From: a virus
Taxonomy: Duplodnaviria > Caudoviricetes
Reading direction: 5' to 3' (one strand)
Length of the DNA: 64,000 bases
Virus record (IMG/VR): IMGVR_UViG_3300002307_000055
Coordinates: 460-64,459 of that record
Each line of letters starts with the position of its first letter. Position 1 is the stretch's first letter. Shown here one piece after another: positions 17,925-26,965 of this stretch. The position numbers and the translations under genes were made by a program. The notes beneath the pieces are model-generated. The model had not been told where the DNA came from. It worked only from the letters and a program-made list of their open reading frames with translations, and searched no databases.

Positions 17925-18755
17925 ATGTCATACAACAGTGCAGAAACGCTAACAATCCCGAAACTCGTAATTATCAAGCCTGTACCGAAGATGGTAAACG
18001 GCAAAGAGTTCACGCATACATTTGGACCAGCAGGGTCTATATTACCTAAATATCTGCCATATCCCGAAGGGGCAAGTGCGGAGGAAAAGAAAGCCTTTCA
18101 GTTGGAATGGGCAGAGGTGTATATACCGGGTGTGGGCATGATACTCGACATGAACAAAGAGCATGACCAAATACTGATGAAGATAATCAAGGGCAATCGT
18201 GACCTTGCTATCTTGTTTGAGAAAGGTCAGGCGCAGAGGTTTGAGTTTGTGGACAGCGAGAAGGATGCTGCTGAGTATCTGACATCATTGGAGAATAAGA
18301 TGAAGATGATAGCTACTATCCAAAACCTGAAAGAAACGGGTGAGGATTCAGCAATCATACAGGCGGGAAGGTCATTAGGCATTGGTGGTTCACCGAATGT
18401 CATTTTGGTGGAAATGTTTAAGAACTGTGAAAGACCTGCTGAACTGATAAGGATGTCAGAATACTTCATGTCGCCTGATAAGACTCTTTTGGACGTTATT
18501 TACTCGGCAATGGCTAAAGGTGACAGAGAGGCAAAGAAAGGGCTGTATCAGGCAGCTAATGGCGTGTACAAGTACAATACACTGACTATCGGCACGAAGT
18601 TGGAAGAAGTGGTACTGTGGCTGAAAAATGACGAGAATGTAGGTGCATATTTGGAGCTTAAAAAGCTGATAGCACCATCGTCTAAGGCTGACACATCGGA
18701 AGATGAAACAGGTGAAGAACCTAAAGTAGACGGCAGGAAGAAAAAGAAAGAATAA
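17925..18755 (+). CDS. conserved head-module protein following the MCP
   Basis: 276 aa, acidic/basic tail; position matches crAss-like gene order. Confidence 0.7.
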   Translation: MSYNSAETLTIPKLVIIKPVPKMVNGKEFTHTFGPAGSILPKYLPYPEGASAEEKKAFQLEWAEVYIPGVGMILDMNKEHDQILMKIIKGNRDLAILFEKGQAQRFEFVDSEKDAAEYLTSLENKMKMIATIQNLKETGEDSAIIQAGRSLGIGGSPNVILVEMFKNCERPAELIRMSEYFMSPDKTLLDVIYSAMAKGDREAKKGLYQAANGVYKYNTLTIGTKLEEVVLWLKNDENVGAYLELKKLIAPSSKADTSEDETGEEPKVDGRKKKKE

Positions 18756-18758
18756 CAC

Positions 18759-19415
18759 ATGACCGCAGCACAGCTAAAATTACTAAGCGATACCATACTT
18801 GATAAGTCAGGTACGCCGTATTTTACGCCTGCTGAGTTTACGCGGTTATTCAATATGTCGTATGATATATGGGTTAGGTTGAATTGGAAGCGGTTTGAGC
18901 AGGATTCAGAGATGAAGTATAAGATGCGACTGCTGACTATGCCTTTTGAAGTGCTGAATACGAGCCAAGTTGACTTGTCTACTATTGCCCCTGCTTTAAG
19001 ATATGATGCAAGGGTAAGGGCTACATTCAAAAGGGTATGCGGAATAAAGGTAGACTATATCACCCGTAGCTGTACGCCCGTAGAGAATAACAGGATAGAT
19101 GTCATGGAGAATGACCCTTTCAACAGGGGTATAGATGAAGAACCGACATATATACAGACTACGACAGCAGCAGGGCTTCCTATATTTCAGATATTCAGCG
19201 ATACAGTGCCAGTGAAGGTAGATGGGTTATATGTCAGGCAACCGACTTATATTGACCTTGTGAACTTTCCGAATGTGGTATTTGAGCAGCCTGACGACCT
19301 TGCCGAAGAAATAGTAAGCATATGCGATGTCAATGAGGAAACTGTTATTGAGAACTACAATCGTATGAGCGCGGAAAAGTCTAATTTAGTAGCAACAAAA
19401 ATGGCAGAAGCATAA
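18759..19415 (+). CDS. head-tail connector/ring protein
   Basis: YFTPAEFTRLFN and YVRQPTYI motifs resemble podovirus ring proteins. Confidence 0.6.
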   Translation: MTAAQLKLLSDTILDKSGTPYFTPAEFTRLFNMSYDIWVRLNWKRFEQDSEMKYKMRLLTMPFEVLNTSQVDLSTIAPALRYDARVRATFKRVCGIKVDYITRSCTPVENNRIDVMENDPFNRGIDEEPTYIQTTTAAGLPIFQIFSDTVPVKVDGLYVRQPTYIDLVNFPNVVFEQPDDLAEEIVSICDVNEETVIENYNRMSAEKSNLVATKMAEA

Positions 19416-19660
19416 TGGCAATAAAGAACACCATAAAGGCAGAACAGTTGAACGTGCTGAATCAGGCACAGCTTAACCATATAGCCACAAATCTAGGCTT
19501 GGGTTCAGGTGGTACTAAAGAGGATACGGTTAATGCTATTCTAGCACATCAGGAAGGTAGGTGTGTAGGATGCACTCAAAACACATTGAGCAGCTTATAG
19601 GCAGGGTTAGGAATACCCGCCAATGTAAATAAGCCATGTGTAAATTGTGGACAGAAATAA
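19415..19660 (+). CDS. small protein with Rho-N-like repeat and CxxC; in-frame TAG at 19598-19600 precedes a second CxxC
   Basis: ...RCVGCTQNTLSSL*AGLGIPANVNKPCVNCGQK*. Confidence 0.6.
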
Positions 19661-19693
19661 GGTATTTGTTAATAATAAATAAAAATCAAGCAT

Positions 19694-19846
19694 ATGCAAA
19701 AGTCAGGTAAAACCGCAGCAAAGCCACCAAAAGCTGCAAAGCCCGTACACATGGGGCTTAATGGCGCAGAATTGCAGCCAACGGCAGACATGAAGAAAAA
19801 CTCTATTCCTAAAAACAAACCAATGTTCAATGGAAAACAATGCTAA
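19694..19846 (+). CDS. 50-aa K/A/P-rich peptide
   Basis: My translation MQKSGKTAAKPPKAAKPVHMG...GKQC; A-rich leader. Confidence 0.55.
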   Translation: MQKSGKTAAKPPKAAKPVHMGLNGAELQPTADMKKNSIPKNKPMFNGKQC

Positions 19847-20225
19847 AGAAGTCGGTGCAGGTCTAGGTAATGACCTGTTTGAAAAAAGACAGATAAGGAA
19901 TAAGGCATACGCTACATGGGCGAATGACCCGTCTGACGACAATAAGAAAGCCTATGATGATGCAGAGAAAGCCGTGAGCGATGCCTCAACAGCCCACAAT
20001 GCTCACAATGCGTCTGACCACTCGCCTATCGTAAGTAGGGTAGCACCAACGGCAGCGAAGGTCGAAGGTGTGGAAATCGTGGAATCCTTTGACGAGCAGA
20101 AGCACGAAGCCACTAAAGAAGTGGTGATAAGTGAAGATGCAGGTGAATTACTCCCTGAACCTTCTAAAGAAGAATCGGGTGAGGCGAAGGAAGAAGCACC
20201 AACGGCAGCGAAGGTCGAAGAATAA
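19830..20225 (+). CDS. acidic hypothetical protein with a duplicated APTAAKVE motif
   Basis: ORF track; 26-nt exact repeat at 20042-20067 and 20195-20220. Confidence 0.7.
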   Translation: MENNAKEVGAGLGNDLFEKRQIRNKAYATWANDPSDDNKKAYDDAEKAVSDASTAHNAHNASDHSPIVSRVAPTAAKVEGVEIVESFDEQKHEATKEVVISEDAGELLPEPSKEESGEAKEEAPTAAKVEE

Positions 20226-20416
20226 ATCATTAAGGCTGCCTACATAGAAAACACCACAATAGGACGGGAGTTTGATGGGTAAGCATAAAAGCACAGAAGG
20301 GGTAACAATCGAAAGAAGTAACCCGCAGAAGCCGAGGTCTTATTTCGCTGTGTCATAAAAATGGGATGGCATTAAAGTATTCACCCAATGCTTGTCAAGT
20401 CCTTTAACAAGAAGTA

Positions 20417-21124
20417 ATGATAACTGCTAACGAAATAGTCTATAACATCCGAAATGCTCCCGCAGGGGGGCGTAGCACCCGCGACAGAGGCTTCTCCAAC
20501 AGGCAGCTTCTTTTTGCTTTTAGGGCTTGTAGGAATAAGCTATTGATAGCAAGATACTTCACTCAGTCGGGCAAACAACGTCCTGACATCAACCCTCAGT
20601 ATCAACAGGACATGGGCGTAGTGCCACTGATAGACTGTGACATCACAGACAATCAGCGTATCAAATGGAATGTGCCTGTCAAAAAGGTGGTCATACCAAA
20701 AGTGGTAGACTTGCCTAGAAACAAGGGTATCGTATTCTTTGGAAGGATAGACAAGATTACTCCTATATATTTACCTGACGTATCAATGGGATTCCTTGAT
20801 AACCATGTACAATATAAACAGCGTAATGGCATATTAGCCGAGCAGATAGGGGATACGATATATGTACGCCCACAGACAGAACATGACATACAAGATGTAC
20901 CTTGTTTTGTAAATATCCGCGTAATAGCTGACAAGCCCGAAGAAGTCCCGTATTATAATGAGGATGGTACATTGACCTGTTTTGATTGGGATAAGACACC
21001 ATATCCGATAGACACCATGATAGAGCAGGATTGCTATGATATGGTATGGCAGGAATATATTTTTATCAATGCCAAGATACCTGACGACAATGCCAATGAT
21101 GAAATAAAAGGCACATTGACATGA
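20417..21124 (+). CDS. tail ring/adaptor protein
   Basis: 235 aa; EIVYNIRN...FSNRQL...YPID pattern and crAss-like position. Confidence 0.6.
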   Translation: MITANEIVYNIRNAPAGGRSTRDRGFSNRQLLFAFRACRNKLLIARYFTQSGKQRPDINPQYQQDMGVVPLIDCDITDNQRIKWNVPVKKVVIPKVVDLPRNKGIVFFGRIDKITPIYLPDVSMGFLDNHVQYKQRNGILAEQIGDTIYVRPQTEHDIQDVPCFVNIRVIADKPEEVPYYNEDGTLTCFDWDKTPYPIDTMIEQDCYDMVWQEYIFINAKIPDDNANDEIKGTLT

Positions 21125-21633
21125 CATGGTTAGAGGAACAAAAAAAGCTACATGGGTATGTCGAAAAGGTAAAACCATCTAAAAAATGGGTAAGTCCAAA
21201 ACCTAAACACTTCCCGTTACGGGATTTAGGTAAGCTCTTAAAGTTGACACTGACAGAGCGAAATTCAAAAAAAGACACCAAACTAAGGCTATACAAGCGG
21301 AATGACATCTATGAGGATTTCTTTGTTGACTATGTAAAGGGGCTTGTAGAAACTGCCAATAAGCAAGAGAAAGGGATAAAGCTCCATAAGGGGCAAGTAA
21401 TAAAACTCAGAACATTTGTATCTCAGAACAATGCTGAATGGGATTTGAAATATGGCATAAAAGACTGTGCTATCGAAATGATACATGGGCTACCATATGC
21501 CGAGGTAGTATTTGATGAACAGCTAAGATTAGAGGCAGTTTTAAGGATAAATAATAAGGATGTCAAAAGACCATACAATAGCCGATTCCGTAAAAGACAT
21601 ACTCCAAGCTATCAAGGAAACGGCGAAGGGTAA
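21121..21633 (+). CDS. IHF/HU-like basic protein
   Basis: Basic 170 aa with GIKLHKGQVIKL; crAss-like phages carry IHF-like genes at this position. Confidence 0.45.
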   Translation: MTWLEEQKKLHGYVEKVKPSKKWVSPKPKHFPLRDLGKLLKLTLTERNSKKDTKLRLYKRNDIYEDFFVDYVKGLVETANKQEKGIKLHKGQVIKLRTFVSQNNAEWDLKYGIKDCAIEMIHGLPYAEVVFDEQLRLEAVLRINNKDVKRPYNSRFRKRHTPSYQGNGEG

Positions 21634-21814
21634 CTATGTCCCTGATGAAGTAAAAGAACAAAGGTTAGGAATCTGCAAAAAATGCACTAATTTTATACCG
21701 TCCACAGTACAGTGTAGTGTATGTCTTTGTTTTTTAGATTGGAAGGCTTCATTAAAGGTGTCAGTATGCCCCGATGAACCTCCGCAATGGTCAGCATACA
21801 ATGGCAAAAAATAA
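21560..21814 (+). CDS. Cys-rich small protein (DUF6171-like)
   Basis: EQRLGICKKC...QCSVCLCFLDWKASL...CP. Confidence 0.65.
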   Translation: MSKDHTIADSVKDILQAIKETAKGNYVPDEVKEQRLGICKKCTNFIPSTVQCSVCLCFLDWKASLKVSVCPDEPPQWSAYNGKK

Positions 21815-22550
21815 CTACTATTATGTGGAAGCTCAGGTCGCTATAAGAAATGCGCTCGGTGACTTAGGGTATAGCGAGAACGTGTATCAGACCATGCAGC
21901 CCGACCTGCACAGGTGGGCAACAGAAGCGCAAGACCTTATCATAAGAAATAAGTCCTCACTACCTCTGATAAAGGCTAAATTCCTATCTCAGAATAATCA
22001 AATAAGAAATGAGCCTGACTTTCAGATACTTGAAAATATAAGTATCGGCGGTCATACTGTACCACTAAATCAGACAAGCAAATCTACTCCTTTGGTATCT
22101 ACGGGCGCACCATTGCGCAGAATCGGTCAATGGGGTGGCTATCCGGGCGTTCTGACAAATCCCGAATGGGTAGGATGCGATAGGCTAACTTTCAGGATAA
22201 GCCAATATGCCATTACTTTTTCACCAAACATCCCTGACGGAACAGAAGTAGATGTAGAATATCTATGTAAGCCAACAGCAGATGATGGATACCCTATGAT
22301 AATAAACAGGTGCGCAAGAGCAATAGCTTATTACATTGAGGCTAAAATATGTAAGAGGCTTATGGATTCGCGGTATGAGGATTGTATGAAAGAATGGTAT
22401 CCTGCCTGCATACAAGCGAGAGCAGAGATAAATGAAATGACCCAAGAAGAAAAGATGGCTATTGGTGGTATGTATATGGGCTATGGCAGAAGGAATCGCA
22501 GAGGTTGGGGATGGGGATGGGGTGGCGGTTGGGGCTATGGAAGCTGGTAA
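21801..22550 (+). CDS. tail tubular/ring protein with a GW-repeat C-terminus
   Basis: Likely start MAKNNYY; TFSPNIPDGTEVDVEYL...DDGYPMI motif; directly precedes the tail hub. Confidence 0.6.
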   Translation: MAKNNYYYVEAQVAIRNALGDLGYSENVYQTMQPDLHRWATEAQDLIIRNKSSLPLIKAKFLSQNNQIRNEPDFQILENISIGGHTVPLNQTSKSTPLVSTGAPLRRIGQWGGYPGVLTNPEWVGCDRLTFRISQYAITFSPNIPDGTEVDVEYLCKPTADDGYPMIINRCARAIAYYIEAKICKRLMDSRYEDCMKEWYPACIQARAEINEMTQEEKMAIGGMYMGYGRRNRRGWGWGWGGGWGYGSW

Positions 22551-22555
22551 ATATT

Positions 22556-25500
22556 ATGGCAAACGCAACACAAAGAACGACTAATACCTTTCAAAAGGGG
22601 CTACATACGGGCATGGACAAAAGTCAGCAGTCCGAGCAGTCGTATGTGGATAGCCTAAATGGTCGTGTGATATTCAATGAAGATGGCACGTATGCGTGGG
22701 AGAACGCCAAAGGAACAAAAGAGGCTTTAACGGTAGCCATTAATCATGGGGGCATAATACCTCCCGTACCTCCATTCATCGGGCCTGAACCGCCATATAC
22801 TATCATAGGGCAATGCCTGATAAATGGGCAATGTGTTATACTCATGTCAAATAACTGGTGGAGTGAAATAGGGGTTATATCTCAGCCACAGTTCGGGGTA
22901 TTCACCTACTCCACTATCTATAATGACTATAATGACCCACAAGGCCCATTTGGAGCTAGTGCGGGTATTTACGCAGGTCAAGGCAGATTGCAGCTTAAAA
23001 CATCTTGGAACGCCAAAATGAAGGGGCTTGTCGAGGACCAGCATACTACACGTATTTATTTTTGGGATGATTTCAATGAGAACAGGACTTTAAATATTAT
23101 CCCTCCATCAAATCAGACTACGCCTCCACCTGTGGGGCAAAATATATGGACAGTACCATATCCTGTATATCATAGCGCACATCAGATAAATTCAATGCCC
23201 GACTTGTTTTGGGGCTTGATAAAATATCAGCACGATATATCAGGTAGTTTGCCATCGGGTAAATATCAGTATTCATATCGGTATATAGGCGAAAGTGGTT
23301 TTGTGTCGCCGTGGTCGCCATTATGCGCTCACCTTATATGTTCGGCACAGGACAGAAGCAATATAGATTGGAATGAATATTTTATGTCAGACGCGGGTAG
23401 TGTGACTACAAAAGGATTGCAGTTAGAAATAAAAGGACTTGACCAAAGATTCCAACAGATAGAGGTGGCAGCACTCCTTTGGGAAACAGACCTTGCACCA
23501 ACAAGCGGGGTTATATTCTCAAAGATAGATATACCACAGCCACCCGCAGGAACACCACCGTCTATTGCTCCGTCAGTAATAGTACAGCACACCATAAATC
23601 AGGGTGCAGTCATTACAGCCGAGGCATTGATACAGAGGTATTTTGAGATACAGAACAACAAGATTGGCGACATAACGGGTGATAACTACTTACACTTAGC
23701 AAATATTGAGGTTTATAATGAGCCGCAGATAAGTTCCACGCAGAACATCACATGTCAGCCGATACTAAAGAAAATGCTCAGTGATACAAAGAGCATATAT
23801 AATTCTAATCCTGACCCTGTACTCAATCCGATAATAGCTATTCCATATACCAATGCTGCTACACAGGCAGACACTACGACAAGGAATATGTTTATAGGTG
23901 GTAGCGGTGTCCCATACACAGAGCAATATATAGTGGGTGTGGCAGGTCATGAGGACTATACAAACTTTAAAAGCACTCAATGGGAGCATTTATATAAGTC
24001 CAAAATGCGCGGGGACACATACCCGTTTGCTTTAGTTCTGTTTGATAGAAAGGGGCAGCCATCATGGGCACAACATATCACTGATTATACCTTTCCTGAA
24101 CAGTACAATAATAATTTCACTGATTCAAGGCTATCGGGTATCACAACAGGTAATGTCGGAAATGTGGGAGATTACAGATTGACAGATACGCCTTTCACAG
24201 TAAATGGCATACCGTCACCGCCATATACAAGTACTGACCTGATACTTGACAATACACAGCAGGGGGGCAATATCTGCCCTATATTGCAGGGTATATCATT
24301 TAGCGGTATAGACCTGACCGATGTATTATATGACCAATACGGGGACTTACAAATATCAGGCTTTGCTATTGTAGCACTGCCAAGATTAGGTACGGTAGTA
24401 GGTCAAGGGTTGATATTAAATACCCTTTGGGCGACAGATACAAGTGGCAATGATACTCACAAAACATATCCATTGCTCACTGGATACAACTGGTATGAGC
24501 AACTTGTTTCGGGTGCTGGCGACCCATTTACAGGATTAGCATCAGATATTCAAAACTTACAGGTAAGGCAAGATTCTTTTACATTTGAATGTCCCGATGG
24601 ATTTTTTGACCCGACAATATTTGGGACAAACCTTTCATCAGACACCATTGTACCCGTAGGAATTGTAGCTCCGTACAATATAAAAGAAGGAGATTTTACT
24701 TTCACGGGGCCTATCGTTGGTCTTAATGTTGGCGTATCGGCAGACCAATTCGTAGGGTGCGCAGGAGATTTCGCTACCAAGCAAGCATACCCCCATTTCC
24801 TTAATAAGCATTATATATCTATCCCTAATTCATTCCCTCCGTCATATCCTTCGGGGTCAATAGATAGTTTCCCTACATTTAATACTCAGCAAAATAACAA
24901 TGCTTTTTTAGGTACTCCGTATAGCATAAACAGCTTGTACGTAGGCGCAAGAAATGCCCCAAACTTCAATCAGGGATTTAATTATAATGAAGTAGGCAGC
25001 ATCGTTACTTATTATCCCATAAGAAATCAAGTACGGTATGGCGGCGTAAATAAAGTGATAACAGGGAGGGCGCATCCCGATACGATATTGTTTGTATCAA
25101 ACACAGCACCACAGACCATACCGCCAACTCCAAATCAGGGGCTACAAACAGCAAGTCTCAGGATAAAAGATTGGACAGGGGCTACAAATAATTATTGCCA
25201 TACTCCATACTATCTTGCCAACTATACAAGGCAGATTGGAGCATATGCCATCACACAATCACTACTAGATAACAGGGTATATAATAATATAGGACACTTC
25301 ATACCGATAAACGCCAATACATTAGCAATAGCTAATAATGGGGCAGGCAGATATATTTTTGATAATGTCGAGGTTTATTATGGCGATACATACGTAGACT
25401 TTTTCTGCTATGATAGAATACAGCCAGTTTATTACAATATCACTCCCGGCACGCAAACTACTCCAAACTGTGCCAATCAGCCTAATGGATACACTGACTA

Positions 25501-26965
25501 TGCCATTGTTTCTGCCTTTTGTGTAGAGTCGCAATATAACCATACCATGCGTTCAGGCATCACAGCACCGAGATATGGTACTGAACCGATGAACACATAT
25601 TGCAATCCCGGCCCGACAACTACGAATCCTAACGGAATGTGGTATTTTTCTGATACCTTGAAACAGGATGAGCAGTTTAATGTACAGGCAGATTTGAACG
25701 CAGCGAATACCGCTAACCAATATAATTCATTACAGTCTTGCTTTGGGGTCATTAATAATGATTTCCCTATGCGGGAGATATATTCGTATAAGAAAGTATA
25801 TGGAGAGTGTTATGATAGTTTCAGGCAGTTCCCTACTACTCAGTATCAGGATGCAATGGGGCTATATGGAGAGATAACATCCATAGACTATATGGGGGGT
25901 TATAACAGCTTATATTGCTTACAGAAGTATGGATTTTCCAGAGTACTATTCAATGAAAGAACGGGTATAGCTGCTGCTGGCGGAGATTTATTGACAGCGA
26001 TAGCAAACGGTTATCAAGGACATCAGTACATATCTATCAAGGATGGTTGTCAGCATTTATACTCAGTGGTGAATACGGGCAAGGCGTTATGGTGGATAGA
26101 TGCTGAAAATGGCAAGCAAAGCAGGTTTGCTCAAAATGGTGTAGAGTGTGTATCTGACGACCACGACTACCATGACCAAATAACAGCATGGACACGTAGC
26201 TATTGGAATGTTATTGACCCTGCACATCTATTAGTACCTCTTGGTGCGCCTATACGGTACTATGATAATCCTGCTTATATGGGGGGTATCATAAGTATAT
26301 ACGACTATAAAAATGATAGTATATACACCACTTTCACGCCGACACTAAAAAGTGTTGTCGGTACGTCAGGCACAGGCACAACAGGGAAACAAATACATCT
26401 ACCACATATTGAACAAACAGATGTACAGCCACAGACCATTGAGTTTAGCAATAAATTGAGCCAATATGTAAGCAGGCATGGCTTTTATCCGAATATGTAT
26501 TTGGACTTAAAACAGTCATTTTTCTCCCCTCAACCGATAGCGACAGGACAAATTGCACCCATTATAGACCAAAATGATGAGGGTATAAGAGGGCAGATAT
26601 ATGGTGTCAATCAGCCGTCATACTTACGTTTCGTAACCAACCCGCAGCCATTTGCTGCAAAAGTATTTGACAATGCAAGATTAGGAGTTGACACAGAAAA
26701 TGGGGCAAATCGAATTTCTTTAGTAAATTTGACTACGCCAATCACTCCGTTGCAGTCAGTGGTACTAAATAATCCCGTAGCGGATTACAGGCCAAGATAC
26801 TTAGAAGGGTTCTTATTGTACCCAATGATGGCACTGACAGGCAGGGAGGACAGGATGAGAGGCACATATTTGATACAGGAATATCAGATAGACAATGATG
26901 GTAGCGATACCATAGTAAGACTTACAGGGCAGGAAACCAAATATAGAATAAGCTATCAAAGGTAA
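22556..26965 (+). CDS. tail stabilisation/hub (muzzle) protein, P22 gp10-like
   Basis: Likely start MANATQRTTNTFQKGLHTG; GKYQYSYRY, RGDTYPFALVLFD, SLYCLQKYGFSRVLFNER, ALWWIDAENGK motifs as in crAss-like hubs. Confidence 0.8.
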   Translation: MANATQRTTNTFQKGLHTGMDKSQQSEQSYVDSLNGRVIFNEDGTYAWENAKGTKEALTVAINHGGIIPPVPPFIGPEPPYTIIGQCLINGQCVILMSNNWWSEIGVISQPQFGVFTYSTIYNDYNDPQGPFGASAGIYAGQGRLQLKTSWNAKMKGLVEDQHTTRIYFWDDFNENRTLNIIPPSNQTTPPPVGQNIWTVPYPVYHSAHQINSMPDLFWGLIKYQHDISGSLPSGKYQYSYRYIGESGFVSPWSPLCAHLICSAQDRSNIDWNEYFMSDAGSVTTKGLQLEIKGLDQRFQQIEVAALLWETDLAPTSGVIFSKIDIPQPPAGTPPSIAPSVIVQHTINQGAVITAEALIQRYFEIQNNKIGDITGDNYLHLANIEVYNEPQISSTQNITCQPILKKMLSDTKSIYNSNPDPVLNPIIAIPYTNAATQADTTTRNMFIGGSGVPYTEQYIVGVAGHEDYTNFKSTQWEHLYKSKMRGDTYPFALVLFDRKGQPSWAQHITDYTFPEQYNNNFTDSRLSGITTGNVGNVGDYRLTDTPFTVNGIPSPPYTSTDLILDNTQQGGNICPILQGISFSGIDLTDVLYDQYGDLQISGFAIVALPRLGTVVGQGLILNTLWATDTSGNDTHKTYPLLTGYNWYEQLVSGAGDPFTGLASDIQNLQVRQDSFTFECPDGFFDPTIFGTNLSSDTIVPVGIVAPYNIKEGDFTFTGPIVGLNVGVSADQFVGCAGDFATKQAYPHFLNKHYISIPNSFPPSYPSGSIDSFPTFNTQQNNNAFLGTPYSINSLYVGARNAPNFNQGFNYNEVGSIVTYYPIRNQVRYGGVNKVITGRAHPDTILFVSNTAPQTIPPTPNQGLQTASLRIKDWTGATNNYCHTPYYLANYTRQIGAYAITQSLLDNRVYNNIGHFIPINANTLAIANNGAGRYIFDNVEVYYGDTYVDFFCYDRIQPVYYNITPGTQTTPNCANQPNGYTDYAIVSAFCVESQYNHTMRSGITAPRYGTEPMNTYCNPGPTTTNPNGMWYFSDTLKQDEQFNVQADLNAANTANQYNSLQSCFGVINNDFPMREIYSYKKVYGECYDSFRQFPTTQYQDAMGLYGEITSIDYMGGYNSLYCLQKYGFSRVLFNERTGIAAAGGDLLTAIANGYQGHQYISIKDGCQHLYSVVNTGKALWWIDAENGKQSRFAQNGVECVSDDHDYHDQITAWTRSYWNVIDPAHLLVPLGAPIRYYDNPAYMGGIISIYDYKNDSIYTTFTPTLKSVVGTSGTGTTGKQIHLPHIEQTDVQPQTIEFSNKLSQYVSRHGFYPNMYLDLKQSFFSPQPIATGQIAPIIDQNDEGIRGQIYGVNQPSYLRFVTNPQPFAAKVFDNARLGVDTENGANRISLVNLTTPITPLQSVVLNNPVADYRPRYLEGFLLYPMMALTGREDRMRGTYLIQEYQIDNDGSDTIVRLTGQETKYRISYQR

